A stretch of DNA of 64,000 nt from NCBI RefSeq assembly GCF_000143415.4, contig NW_003314284.1, positions 496,001-560,000 on the forward strand. The letters are read 5' to 3'. Position 1 is the stretch's first letter. Every line of letters begins with the position of its first letter. The stretch is from Selaginella moellendorffii. Its lineage: Eukaryota > Plantae > Lycopodiophyta. Below, piece by piece: positions 1-12,759 of this stretch. The notes beneath the pieces are model-generated. The model was not told where the DNA came from. It made no database searches and saw only the letters and a program-made list of their open reading frames with translations. The position numbers and the translations under genes were made by a program.

Positions 1-1985
1 TAAGTTGTAAGGTGGGATGTGATGTGTTGTCTCGCGAGGAAGAAGAGGGCAAACAAGAACCCTATACATGACGCCTTGTTGGCTGGTGCTTGCTTTGCTT
101 TGCCTAACGATCGCCGGACCAATCATTGCCCGCAAAAAATATAAACCTTGCAGTTCTAGATGATCACACTGTTGTTGTGTGGTATCATCAAAGGAGATAT
201 GGCTCCACCCCATCCACCCATGATCTCTACGTTGGGGGGGGAGCACGGAGCCCCATGCACCGTATGGCATGGCCAGCCGCCATCACATGATGCATCATGG
301 TGGGCATGATGCGACGCTCATGGAGCGCTCATGCGCGCATGCCCTCGCGCGCATTATTCCATGGAACCCCATAGATGGCAAGTATATATGCATTTAACCC
401 TTCCATTTACTGCAACAGCATGTTCGTTTGCATGCAAAATCCCAATGCGGAAGCATACGGTATATACGCTTGGCTCGCCAGACGGCCGCCTGTCAGAAAC
501 CCGGGAAGGAAAAGCGACGGGCGCCACCCACCCATCCCCGTCACGGCGACGAGGTGGGGCCAAAAAGACGGACGAGGGTGACGTGCCGCATGCTTGCCCG
601 TGCCGCGTGCTGCTGCCCGGCTGACGGGCGCCCGTCCGTCGTCCGTCATCCAGAACTGGGGGAACGGGAGTTCTTACCGCGGGGTACAAACTAGACCCTT
701 GGATATGTTTCGTGTGCGCTCGTGGCGCGGTTAATTGAAGGGAGTGGATTTTGCCTGACAGCGTGATTTTCGGAAAATGATTTTAAATGATTCGGGGCGG
801 GGCAATAATGCGCAGGAAAAATTTGGCGGAATGGTTAAAAATCCTCGGCTCATGCAGATCGAATGACCCGACCTCGTGGCTTCTATCTTATAGGGTTTGA
901 GATGGGGGGAAGCACCAAAATGGTGTGTACCTAGTATGTGTGTCCAATATGCTGAAGTGTGTGATGTGAGATTCTTGCATTGGGACAACAGGGAAGTTCT
1001 TGGAATTGGGTTTAGGTCTCTCACGGTAATGCGTTGAGAAGATGCAATCATCTCTGGTTCGTGTCTGCCGTAATTCTGTGCGTGTTAGCTACTTTGCCTA
1101 GAAAGATTTCCGAGGGCTGCGCTGGCTGCGTAGCTGCGAGAATGCCACCATCACCGCCACCGCCACCACCGCCATCACCCGCGCCACCTTTCCTTTCCAT
1201 TTCGAGCAAATGCAAAGAAAAAGAAGTACGTACATTACGTATGGCCGACTACGTACAGATGCGTGTATGGTGTGTACTTGTGTGGGAGGAGCACTACCTA
1301 TAGTCCTCGTTGCAATCACGATGTCGCAGATCCTCCAGGGTTCTCTTTCGCTGAAAGAGAGAAAGAGAGCTCTCATCATACCCAGCAGCACTGATGAGAG
1401 CGAGGGGTGGAGAAAAATAGCAACACCCAAAGAACTGGTTGGGGGCACACGATTCCTGCAAAGAGAAAGGGGCAAAAATCGATCCGTCCAATGCGATGAG
1501 CTCTGTACCTTAAAGTGTCCTCATTTTGTCCTCCCCGCTGCGAGATCTAGCTAGGTTCAGAGGATTGGCACTCGATTTCTGGATAAACACTACGCATAAT
1601 TAAGTTTGATTCTCTCGCCAAACAAGGAGAGTGGGCCTCGTGAGGTCACGGGCTCGATGCTCTACCCCGCGACGATGCCCTTTGTTTTCTGGGGTGGAAA
1701 CAAGGTGTAGTGTGTTTGGATGACAAAACGATGCAAAGCATACGGTGGACGGACCATCGCGAAAAGAATCTCTCGAGGAAAGCCGACTTAAAGCTAAGAT
1801 GGAATCTTTTGGTGGTGTTACCCGCGGTACGAAGGAATCCCCGAGCAAAAGATGCGAGGTTTGATTCCCATGAAGATTATGCTTGAATGGATTTGCTGCT
1901 TTTTCGTCAATGGTTTGGAGAATCTCGCTTTGGATTGCGTGTCCTCTGCGCCATCGCAAAAGAATTTCCACAGCCAAGTTGGGAG

Positions 1986-2035
1986 GAGAAATTTCCGCGA
2001 GGAAGCAAAGGGCCTGGAAAATTCTAGTATGTTCC
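1986..2035 (+). promoter_or_regulatory. Heat-shock-element-like nGAAnnTTCn arrays upstream of polyubiquitin
   Basis: aGAAatTTCc near 1987 and gGAAaaTTCtaGTAtgTTCc at 2016-2035. Also present downstream: CCACGTCA (~2054), CCAAT (~2118) and TTTATAAA (~2150). Confidence 0.5.
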
Positions 2036-2205
2036 AAGTGGAGGCGAAGGCGGCCACGTCATTGACTTGGTTTGGCCGGCAGTTTTGTCGGTCGCATCGG
2101 AGCCCTTGGATGCCGTCCCAATCGACGGCGCCTGTTCCATCCTCGCGTATTTATAAACGGTGCGTCCATGCCCCAACCTCACCAGTTCCTTGATTCATTT
2201 TTTAG

Positions 2206-3609
<1,404 letters not shown>

Positions 3610-3712
3610 AAAGTTTGCTTGTATTCACAATTCCTTGACTGATTTGAGCAAGGAAGTAGAATAAACTAGATTTCTTCTACACGAATTCTTGAATGGAAGG
3701 ACAAGCTTGATT

Positions 3713-4340
3713 TTACACGTCTATCACGACTTGTTCCTTGGTTTTCTTCTTGAATGTCCTGTGTCGCTTGTTGATCTTCGTCGTCTCTGGTGGTGGCGGT
3801 GGCGGTGGCGATGGCGGTGATTGAGCTGCGGTTTTAGCGGCCTCTTGCTTGGCCAGTTCTTGCTCCTCTTCGGCCTTGGCAAACACATCCTTGAAAACCA
3901 CTTGGGGAACGTAATAGTTTGTAAACCAAAAGAAGAAGATCAACACGGCACTGCCACCAAAGTAAATATCGCAACGATAAGGCTGATATTTTTTATGGTG
4001 CTTCGTCGTTCGTTTACCTGATGGCCACAAACTGGAAAATATCGCCCGGATCAGTCCAGTCGAGCCTGTCGATCTTGTCCACGGGCGCTCCGATTTGAGC
4101 TCCATCCTGCGTCTGCTCGGGCGAGGGAATGGGCCTCTTCTCCCCAGGTTTCCTGTGAAATGGCGATGTCTCGGGCGGCAATTCCTCCACTTCAAATTTG
4201 AACGTGAGCCCGACCGGAGTCACGAGATCTGGGGCGAAACCGTGCATCACGGTTGCTGCCCGGGCCCTGCGATCTCGAGAAACCCGAAATTTGCGAGACA
4301 TGCGCGGCGCCCAAGCCGCATTGCAAGCTGCCAACGCCAT
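3713..4340 (-). CDS. Uncharacterised small single-pass membrane protein, probably plastid-targeted (2 exons)
   Basis: Splicing a GT-AG intron (3951-4017) joins two ORFs into MALAACNAAW...FQFVAISAVLIFFFWFTNYYVPQVVFKD...VVIDV*. Ala/Arg-rich N-terminus, one hydrophobic helix, telo-box-like AACCCTAA upstream. Confidence 0.7.
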
Positions 4341-4921
4341 AGCTCGCAAGAACCCTAATTCCCGAAAATAGATAGCTTAAAAAATCACACTCCTTTTTTG
4401 TAAAAGTATCAACCTTTTATCCAGCAACATGCGACGGTGACAGCTGTAGGAGGAAATCTGGGCCGTTGAAATAGGATAAAGCGTGAATATACTCGGCTGT
4501 TTGGGGTTCGAATCCCCGCCAAAATTGGGGAAATATCTTCAAGTAGGGCTGTGACACGGGGTGGCGGCAGACGGATCCCGGCCGTCGCTCCGCCGGATCA
4601 AACGGACGTTGCGGTGCCGCTGGGACTGGCTGTTGGATGCGCGCCACGTGCCCGCCCTGGGCCAATCGCCGCGGTCCACTGGAATTTCCCTCTATCCTTG
4701 TGCTGTTTTGTGTTCCATCTCTCTCTCTCCCTGTCTCTCCCGGAGCTTGGGAAGGCCAGGGGCGCGGAGGCTTTAGGGTTTAGTTAGGGCCTTATGCCGC
4801 TGGCTCGCACGGCGCTGGAGGAGGAGACGGCGTAGAGGCGCGCGGCCCTCCCCGGCGCGGAAGCTTTCCAAGGTTCTTGTTTTTCTCTCAAGGCGAGGCT
4901 AGGGTTCTTCCGCCAGGAAAT

Positions 4922-6584
4922 ATGCAGGCGCTGGCGCCTCACGCTCCACCGGAAGCTCAATCTCCGCAGCAGCAGCAGCAGCAGCAGCACCAGGGTCCGC
5001 CGCCGCCGCCGCCGCCAGCGCAGCCGCCGACGCAGCAGGCATGGATGCCGCCACAGCTGGGGATTTCACAGGCCGGGATTCTACCGCCACAGCAAGAAAT
5101 GCTGCCGCCGGTGAGCGTCATGCTGCCTCCTCTCAAGCAGGGCCAGGCTCACAGCCCCGGGCACGCCAACGGGGAGCTTAAGACGCTCTGGGTGGGCGAT
5201 CTCCAGTACTGGATGGACGAGGGCTACCTCTATAGCTGCTTCGCTCACACCTCCGAGGTAAGAGAGGCTCTTTTTCTTGCAATGTGCATTGACAGTGCTT
5301 GCATTGTTCTCTTTCGTTTTTTCACGATCACTGCCTTGCTTGGCTTGTGTTTTTAAATCCTTTTCTCTCTTTGGTTGGCATTTAGGTACAAGTTGCCAAA
5401 GTCATACGCAATAAGCAGACTGGATATTCAGAGGGTTACGGTTTTGTTGAGTTTACCAACCATAGCACTGCAGAGAAAGTCCTTCAGTCTTTTAATGGTA
5501 CTCAAATGCCTTCGACAGATATAGCCTTCCGCCTCAACTGGGCCTGTTTTGGGATCGGGGAGAGAAGGCCAGACCAGGGTCCGGACTTCTCCATCTTCGT
5601 GGGGGACCTCGCGCCGGATGTCACAGATTACATGCTGCAGGAAACGTTTCAAAGCCGCTACTCGTCTGTCAAGGGTGCAAAGGTGGTGATGGATACTACA
5701 ACCGCTCGCTCCAAGGGCTATGGCTTTGTGAGGTTTGGGGACGAAGCCGAGAAGATGAGGGCCATGACAGAAATGGCGGGTGTGTACTGCTCGACTCGTC
5801 CCATGAGGATTAGTACTGCAACACCTAAGAAATCTTTAGCAACGATTCCACCGAAAGGTTTGTTTTTTTTTATGTTTCTTATCAACTTTTTCTTTCATGT
5901 CATTGTATTCGCTTCTTTTCTTTCTGACGGAAATTCCTTAACAGTTTTCTACCCGAGTCAAAATTTTGGAGTTCCACCTCTAACTGACAATGACCCATCT
6001 AACACTACGGTAACACTCTTTCAATTAGCTTCTTGCGATGACTTTAAACTTTACTCCTCCTGAAGGTTTTCGTCGGTGGACTGGACCACAGTGTCAAAGA
6101 TGAAGATTTGAAGCAGGTTTTCTCTCAATTTGGGGATATACAGTACGTCAAGATCCCTGCTGGTAAAAACTGTGGTTTTGTCCAGTTTTACACTAGGTAA
6201 TTGTCTTCTGTTTTTTTTTTTGTCGTTCACAAGTTTAACATGTGTGGTGTAGGGCGAGTGCTGAAGAAGCCTTACAAAAACTTCATGGCTCGACTATAGG
6301 ACAGCAAACGATTCGTTTATCATGGGGCAGAAGTCCTGCAAACAAACAGGTAAGCCGCGGAGGCTCTTAATTATCTGGTTCTGATACTTCTTTGTCACCA
6401 GCGACCACTCCAGCCATGGGGACAGCAGGTCCAGCCAGAGTTTAACCAATGGAACGGTCCTTACTACGGCTATGGGCAAGGATACGAATGCTACGGCTTT
6501 GCCCCTCCGCCACAAGATCCTGGAGCCTATGCCTACGGCAATTTTCCACAGGCGTATGGAACGTATCCCCAGCAGGTTAGCTGA
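4922..6584 (+). CDS. RBP47: Polyadenylate-binding protein RBP45/RBP47 family, three RRMs, multi-exon
   Basis: Q/P-rich N-terminus; RRM1 TLWVGDL...GYGFVEF, RRM2 SIFVGDL...KGYGFVRF, RRM3 VFVGGL...CGFVQF; ends YPQQVS*. Confidence 0.92.
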
Positions 6585-9500
6585 TTCACGCAGCTAAATT
6601 CTTGCATACTCCGCCAACTGGATCAAAGGCACATACACAGACGCATCAAGAAACTGGAGCTCGAGGGCATCAATGGGATGGGTACAGTGCTCTCTCTTTT
6701 TTTTTCCTTATCATTCGGGGCGGAGGTGATGAGTAGATTTAGCTTAGCAGTGGAGTGTGTGCTTGTAGGAGGTAGCTTTTGTTGCTTGGTTTGATTCAGA
6801 CTAGTTGTAGTCCATGTGTTTGCATCTCTTTGTAAATGGCAGCAGTCATTCTAATAGACTTAACCTTTGCATTAAGGAGCTGGTGTCTTTGTGTTTGTGA
6901 CGTGTGTTGAGGCAGCAGCAGAGCAGGAGAACGAGGTACGGTACCTTGTTTTTGTGTATCTATCGGGATACTAACGCACGCTTTTCTCGTGCAGTGTACT
7001 CGTGGATACAAGGTTAAACGAGCGCTGGTTGGTTATCGTTTAATTTATTTTCAAGTTGTGTTGTCGATGTGTTTTTTATCTTGTTCACGCGAAACAACTG
7101 CTGATAAGTTTGTGTTTGTTTTGGCGTGAGGTACTTCCGCTGGCGACGTTTGCTCAAATCATGGCGAGTCTAGTTTCCTGGTGTGCTCTGGAGCGTTTGA
7201 TTGCTTTATTCATTTCTTGTGGTTGTGTTTGTAGAGACGTGGGGAGCTACTAGTAATTTTCGTCACTCAGGCAGCAGCGGTGCAGCAGTGAAAGAGGTAG
7301 TGACTTTGTGTATCTATTGAGATCGCAACACTATCCTTTTTTCTTGCGTGCAGGCTTCTGCATACTCGACAGCAACATATTTGTGGTTTGGATCACCTAG
7401 ATCAATGTAAGAGCAAGTGCGCGCGTGATGATTGCTCTAACTGTGTCATTACTAGACATTTTAAAGTTTCTGCTTCATCGCAGGATAGGTACCTCTCTCA
7501 CAACCGGTCTTTTCCGTTCTTTTAGTTTCTGTTTGTTTTACTTGCACCTCACCGCTTCTGCATACTGAGTTGAATGTGACAGAAAAAGTTGCCAGAAAGA
7601 GAGGGAGAGAGAGCGGGAGAGAAAGGAAACTAATGAATGATTAAAACTAACACCGCCTTCGTCCGTTTCTGGCCTTGCAGCGGTCGCTCAGTTGTCTTTG
7701 CCTGACGTATTTGGGAACGTCAGGCCTTTGCATTTTCCGTTACAGGCGAAACTCCTGGACGAGCTACAGAAAAGGTGGGTTTAATCTTTTTCCCGGTGTA
7801 TGTATATGTATGTTTCATGTACGTGTGACGTCGCTAACTTGGTCTGCGAAACAGGTACTGGCTTTGCAGTGCGCAGACACACCCAGCCTTTCATCATGGG
7901 AAGTTGGTCTCTTTCGAAGGCCTCGCTCTTCCTAGACTGTAAGATTTGTTTTTTGCTTGCTTTAGTTTCCTTTCAGAGAGAGAGAGAGTGAGAGGGATTT
8001 GGGATGGACAACTAGTGCTTCTGCCTGTGAAGTCTTCTTCAGCTTGCTTGCAGTGCAGTAGAGACAGTGTGGAAAGAATGGCCAAGTTGCATCATCTGCA
8101 GCTATTTCTAAGTTTCTTTTCCCGCTTCTCTCTCCATCAGTCAGTCAGTGCATTGTATTTTCCTGTACTAACGACGTTCGTTGCTGGTTGTTGGATTCCA
8201 GATATACGTTGTGGAGACATGGAAACATGTATAGGCATACCTCACAGCTTTAACCACCGTTGCTGTAAAGTCCGGAGTCCAGGGTAAGGAACACAAAGTA
8301 GCAGGCTTTTCTTCGTGCATTGCTCGGGTCTAGCGCTACCAGGTTAGATAAAGCAGCCTTTTCCTCCTGGTTGCTATTGATCATCGCCACCTCGGGAAGT
8401 AAACCAACTAGGGGACGTTTGATCGTTTGTCTGGAAGAGAAAGCGTAGCACAGTAGTCGAAGGACAGTGGCACGGCACGGCACGGGAGGATTTGGCTTGG
8501 GATTTGATACTTGCTCCAAGTTTGACTTGCATCTGTAAGTATCTAGAGGTACTTATTAAGTCTGTGTCTTCCATCTTGCAGGTGTGTCTCAAACGAATTC
8601 GAGTATGATTAAGAATGATGGAGGCCCTGAGAGAGATTGAGCATCGAGGGGGAACAAATAAAGACAAGATGTTTGCACACGGGTATGAGAGTTTTATGTG
8701 TTAGATTCTCACTTCTTTCACGCTTTGTCCTTTGGTATTATAACAGAAAGTTCCAGCCACCTAACAGCGGTGGCAAAGAAACACCGATGATCAAAGAGAC
8801 GAGCTGTTGTTCCGTCCGTCCTTCTCGTCCCTCTGCGAGAAAAGAATAAGAGAACGAGCTGAGACACGCACACACACACAGAGGTAAGCAGACTACACAC
8901 CACCACCTACTTAGCTGATCTCGATTGATGACAATATCTTTCTTTCTCCATGGGACTGCAGAGGGCATCGATCAGCATTGGCTATTTATATTACATACGA
9001 CGGACGAACATACCAATCAATCAATCAATCAGGCAACAGTGGCGCGCAGCAGCAACAGCAACAGCACAGGTCTTTCAGAATTGAAAAGACTTTCTCTCTC
9101 TCATATTTTTCTTTGTTCTTCTCAGGGTCAAGAACGAAAAAATCAAGCCAAAGAAAAGGAGGACAACTTACAACTTCAACTCGCAGAGGTGCAAGTCAAT
9201 GAAACGCTGGGGGATCACGATATCTCTAGGATCCAATCTATCTTCTCTTAAATGTGGAGAGGTGCTACTATAGTCAAAGGATATTCCGACCGCGACAGAG
9301 CTCATGAATAACAAAGATTCGCTTGTTCGCTTCTCAGGGGTCGCCGTCTCCGGCAGCGGCCAGAGTGGTCCCCGCAACAGCGACCGCGACAGCGACAGCG
9401 ACGAACAACAATACAAACGCCACCAACAAAAGGGGGAGGGGTCGCGGGATCGATCCGGGACCAGGCCGGGAGAGAGACAAGGAAGCTACCATAGACAAAA

Positions 9501-10460
9501 GGAGATAAACACACAAAGAGAGGGATTTCTACTTTACTTTTGGCAGGGAGAAGCCAGCCAAGAAACATATCACTGTCACGAGCGAAAGAGTTGCGTGTCC
9601 CAAGTTTGGTTCTTTGGAGTGGTAATGTTGCTGGTGTTGTGACATCTCAACAATCACAGGTCACACTTGGCAGCCAAACAACAAGGCACTCAAGGCAAAG
9701 CAAACGTTTCTATTACTATTAAGCAAGCCAAGCTTTCACCTTGTTTTAAGAGATTAAACTTTTATACTCGTTTTAAAGCATCAAACTTTTCTCCTAAAGA
9801 AGATCATTACCGAGATCCCGTGTTGTTCTGACCCGTTCTTGGCCGGGAGTATAAATTGCCTGGGTGTGGGGCTTCTCTCCTTTCTTATCTTTCTTCCTTG
9901 TCTCGTTGTTTTTGTTTTTTTTTTTTCATTTTTTGCCGCTGCGGGGTCAATTGGTTGGTTAGAAAACGGCGACAATCGCACCACCGCGGATGTGGAATGA
10001 GGACTAACTCTTCTCTCCTTTCTTCCCTCATTTCCTAGCAGCAACAATCGAAAGGAAAAAAAAAAAATTCAGAACTAAAGAAATATATACAGGAAGAAAG
10101 AAGAAAAACCAAAAGGAATAGAGCACAAGTACCTGCCTGTTGTTCTTGCTTCGATGCTTCGATGCTCCAGAAATTCCCTTCGCTTTTCTCTCACCGGCGC
10201 ATTATAATCAGTAGGTAGTCGGATGGAGATTTGCGATCAAAGTACTCTTCTTGCTCGCCCCTGGCTTGTCGACGCTGATCGAGCCGGAAAGATGAATAAC
10301 TGCTTTTGCTGTTGAGTGATCCGTGTCAGTCTTTCCTTCTCTTCTGGCGGTGAAGCGTCGCCGCCACGAGCGACAGTCACTGTTGAATCTCACGAGCAGC
10401 AGCATCTGGAGAGGTTCTTAAAGTTCTTCCATCCTGTCCTCCATCCAATTCAGAGCTTTG

Positions 10461-12166
10461 ATGGCAGAGAGCTCCTTCTTTCCCGGCCGCCAGGAATCGT
10501 CGTCCACTAAGTCGTATAGAGGCTTGGGCCTTCTCACAGCGGCAGCGGCAGCTGATCACAGCCAAAGTAGTCACCAAAGCAGCAGCTCCAACGAGGATGA
10601 CAGAGGAGATGATCGGAGGAGCTCAAAGCAGAAGAAAGGATATCTCAACCAGGATGACGAGGATCAAGACGACGACGATGGGGACGAAGACGACGAAGAA
10701 GAAGAAGCTGGCGGTGTCGAGGACGCTGAGTCGCTGGAAGAGCCGGAGGATAAGTTGAGGCTGGTTTCGGGAGGAGCTGGGGCCGATCATGAGAGCGAGG
10801 GAAATTTTTCCAGAGTTGTCTATCCCCGGGGTCATTGGCGGCCTGCCGAGGATGATAAGCTCAAGCAGCTGGTTGCTCTCCATGGCCCCCAGAATTGGAA
10901 CGTAATCGCGGAGAATTTGCACGGGCGATCAGGTACGATACACAATCTTTCTGCATCCCCCGGGGATATCATCAATCTTCTCCCGTTTCTCCGTTTCACG
11001 ATATCCCAGTTTGCATCACTGCATCGCTCCCGCTGCTCCAAAAGATCATCTCTTTGCACTGACCGCTGGAGAATTCGGACTCCCCGAAAGTCATCGTTGC
11101 TAGAGACATTCGGACCCGACTGGCTGACCGTCATCTGATATCTGTCTTATCTGTCTGTGCAGGAAAGAGCTGCAGGCTTCGATGGTTTAACCAGCTAGAC
11201 CCGAGGATCAACCGGCGCCCCTTCAGCGAAGAAGAAGAGGACCGGCTCATGGCTGCCCATCAAATCCACGGCAACAAGTGGGCTCTCATTGCCAGGCTCT
11301 TCCCAGGTAGAACTGACAACGCCGTCAAGAACCACTGGCACGTTATAATGGCGAGGAAGCTCCGGGAGAAGTCGAGGAGCTCGTCGAGCAGCAGCAGCAT
11401 CACTAGAGCTAGAAAGTCCCAATTCCCGACGTCCCTGGCGCGCAGAACGTCTTCCAAAAAGGCCTTTCCCTCCGGCGGACAGACTGTGGCTCAGTCCCTC
11501 ACTGCCTGGATCCACAAGTACTCCATCATTGCCTCGTCTTCTTCAGCAGCAGATAGCGGGTGCTACAACTTTGGTGGCAATGCTTCTCACGATCACGGTG
11601 TCGACAACAGTTTCTATCACCACCAGGCCGCGGCAAACAGGGAATTCTCCAAGCTCAAAGGACTCCTCTCTCTGTGCCCTCCTCAAGTGGATCCTTACAA
11701 GTATGCAAAAACCTTTCCTGGAGGTACAAACAGCTCGCTTAGTGCAACATTGACAAAAGGAGAAAACTTACCAAAGATACGTGCGTATGCTGCAGAAAGG
11801 AGAACATGCCCACCGGTTTTAGCTGGATTTGAATTCCCTGACGTTCGGGAAGAAATGGAGACTTCTAACAGCACTGTTTTCGTGAGCCAACAGCCGGAAG
11901 CAAGCCCTTACAAGCTCCAAGATCGAAGTTTTTTCTCACATAATGTATCTTCCACCGCCAACTTCGTCCACGATAGGAAAAGGATTGCAAACTCTGACAC
12001 CAGTGACCTGAGTACTGCGTTGCGGTTGGGAAGACATTCCCTCGACCACCAGCAGCAACAGCACCAGCTTCAACACCAGCACCAACAGCAGCACCAGCAA
12101 CACCAGCAGCAGCAAGTTTCAGGTGAAACGGCTTTCTATGACTTCCTTGGAGTAGGAGTTTCCTAA
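10461..12166 (+). CDS. R2R3-MYB transcription factor, subgroup 21 (MYB52/54/105/117-like); intron 10933-11162
   Basis: [12 protein letters not shown]...GRS|[21 protein letters not shown]...[23 protein letters not shown]; C-terminal FYDFLGVG motif; acidic N-terminal tract; poly-Q/H tract near the end. Confidence 0.95.
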
Positions 12167-12759
12167 AAACCTTTCCTGCATCCGCACTTCTGCAACGTGT
12201 CAAAGTTGGCATACGAAACGCTAACAAAATATCTAACATGTGACAGCAATCCACAAACAACTCTGGAATGCAAGAAGCACAATCCAGCATACTGTGTTGA
12301 CATATACAATCATAGGGAAGAAGATGAAGAAGAAGAAAAGGTAGCAGCCAGCACTCACTGCGAGGAAAAAGCTTTTGCGTTGGTCGTTGTCCAGAGGATC
12401 AAAATCGTCGCGAAAAAAAAACTGTGAAGCCGGCCGAATTTGCAACTAGTATCTGTAAAGTTGTCGGGGAACTCACTGATTCTCTTCCGCGAGAATTATC
12501 GAAATAGAGTACTTTAATCAATCACCTGTTTGTATATATATCGTTGTCGCAATGAATACCCTTCTCTCCACGCCAGAAGAAAAAATAAAGCATTGCCGTG
12601 GACGCAATGGTTTCTCTCCAGGCTATCTGGTGATTATAGAACTCAGCCACGAGCAAAGAAAATTCAAAAGTACCTTTACCCGCGAAGAATAACGGAATAT
12701 GCAGCGATGTCAACGGAATGTGCGAAAACTCCCGCTAGAAAATTTTTAAAACTCCCGCC

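Noticed and set aside
331-2193. Short ORFs before polyubiquitin
   Set aside because: No family motifs or consistent exon structure; the Pro-run comes from a CCA/CCG microsatellite.
6726-6800. C-box-like GTGATGA suggesting a C/D snoRNA
   Set aside because: No properly placed CTGA D box or terminal stem.
7576-7625. miR156/529-like TGACAGAA and GA-rich sequence
   Set aside because: Match is limited to about 8 nt and no convincing fold-back partner was seen.
9302-9722. Overlapping ORFs upstream of the MYB gene
   Set aside because: Driven by CAGCGA simple repeats; no coding signature.
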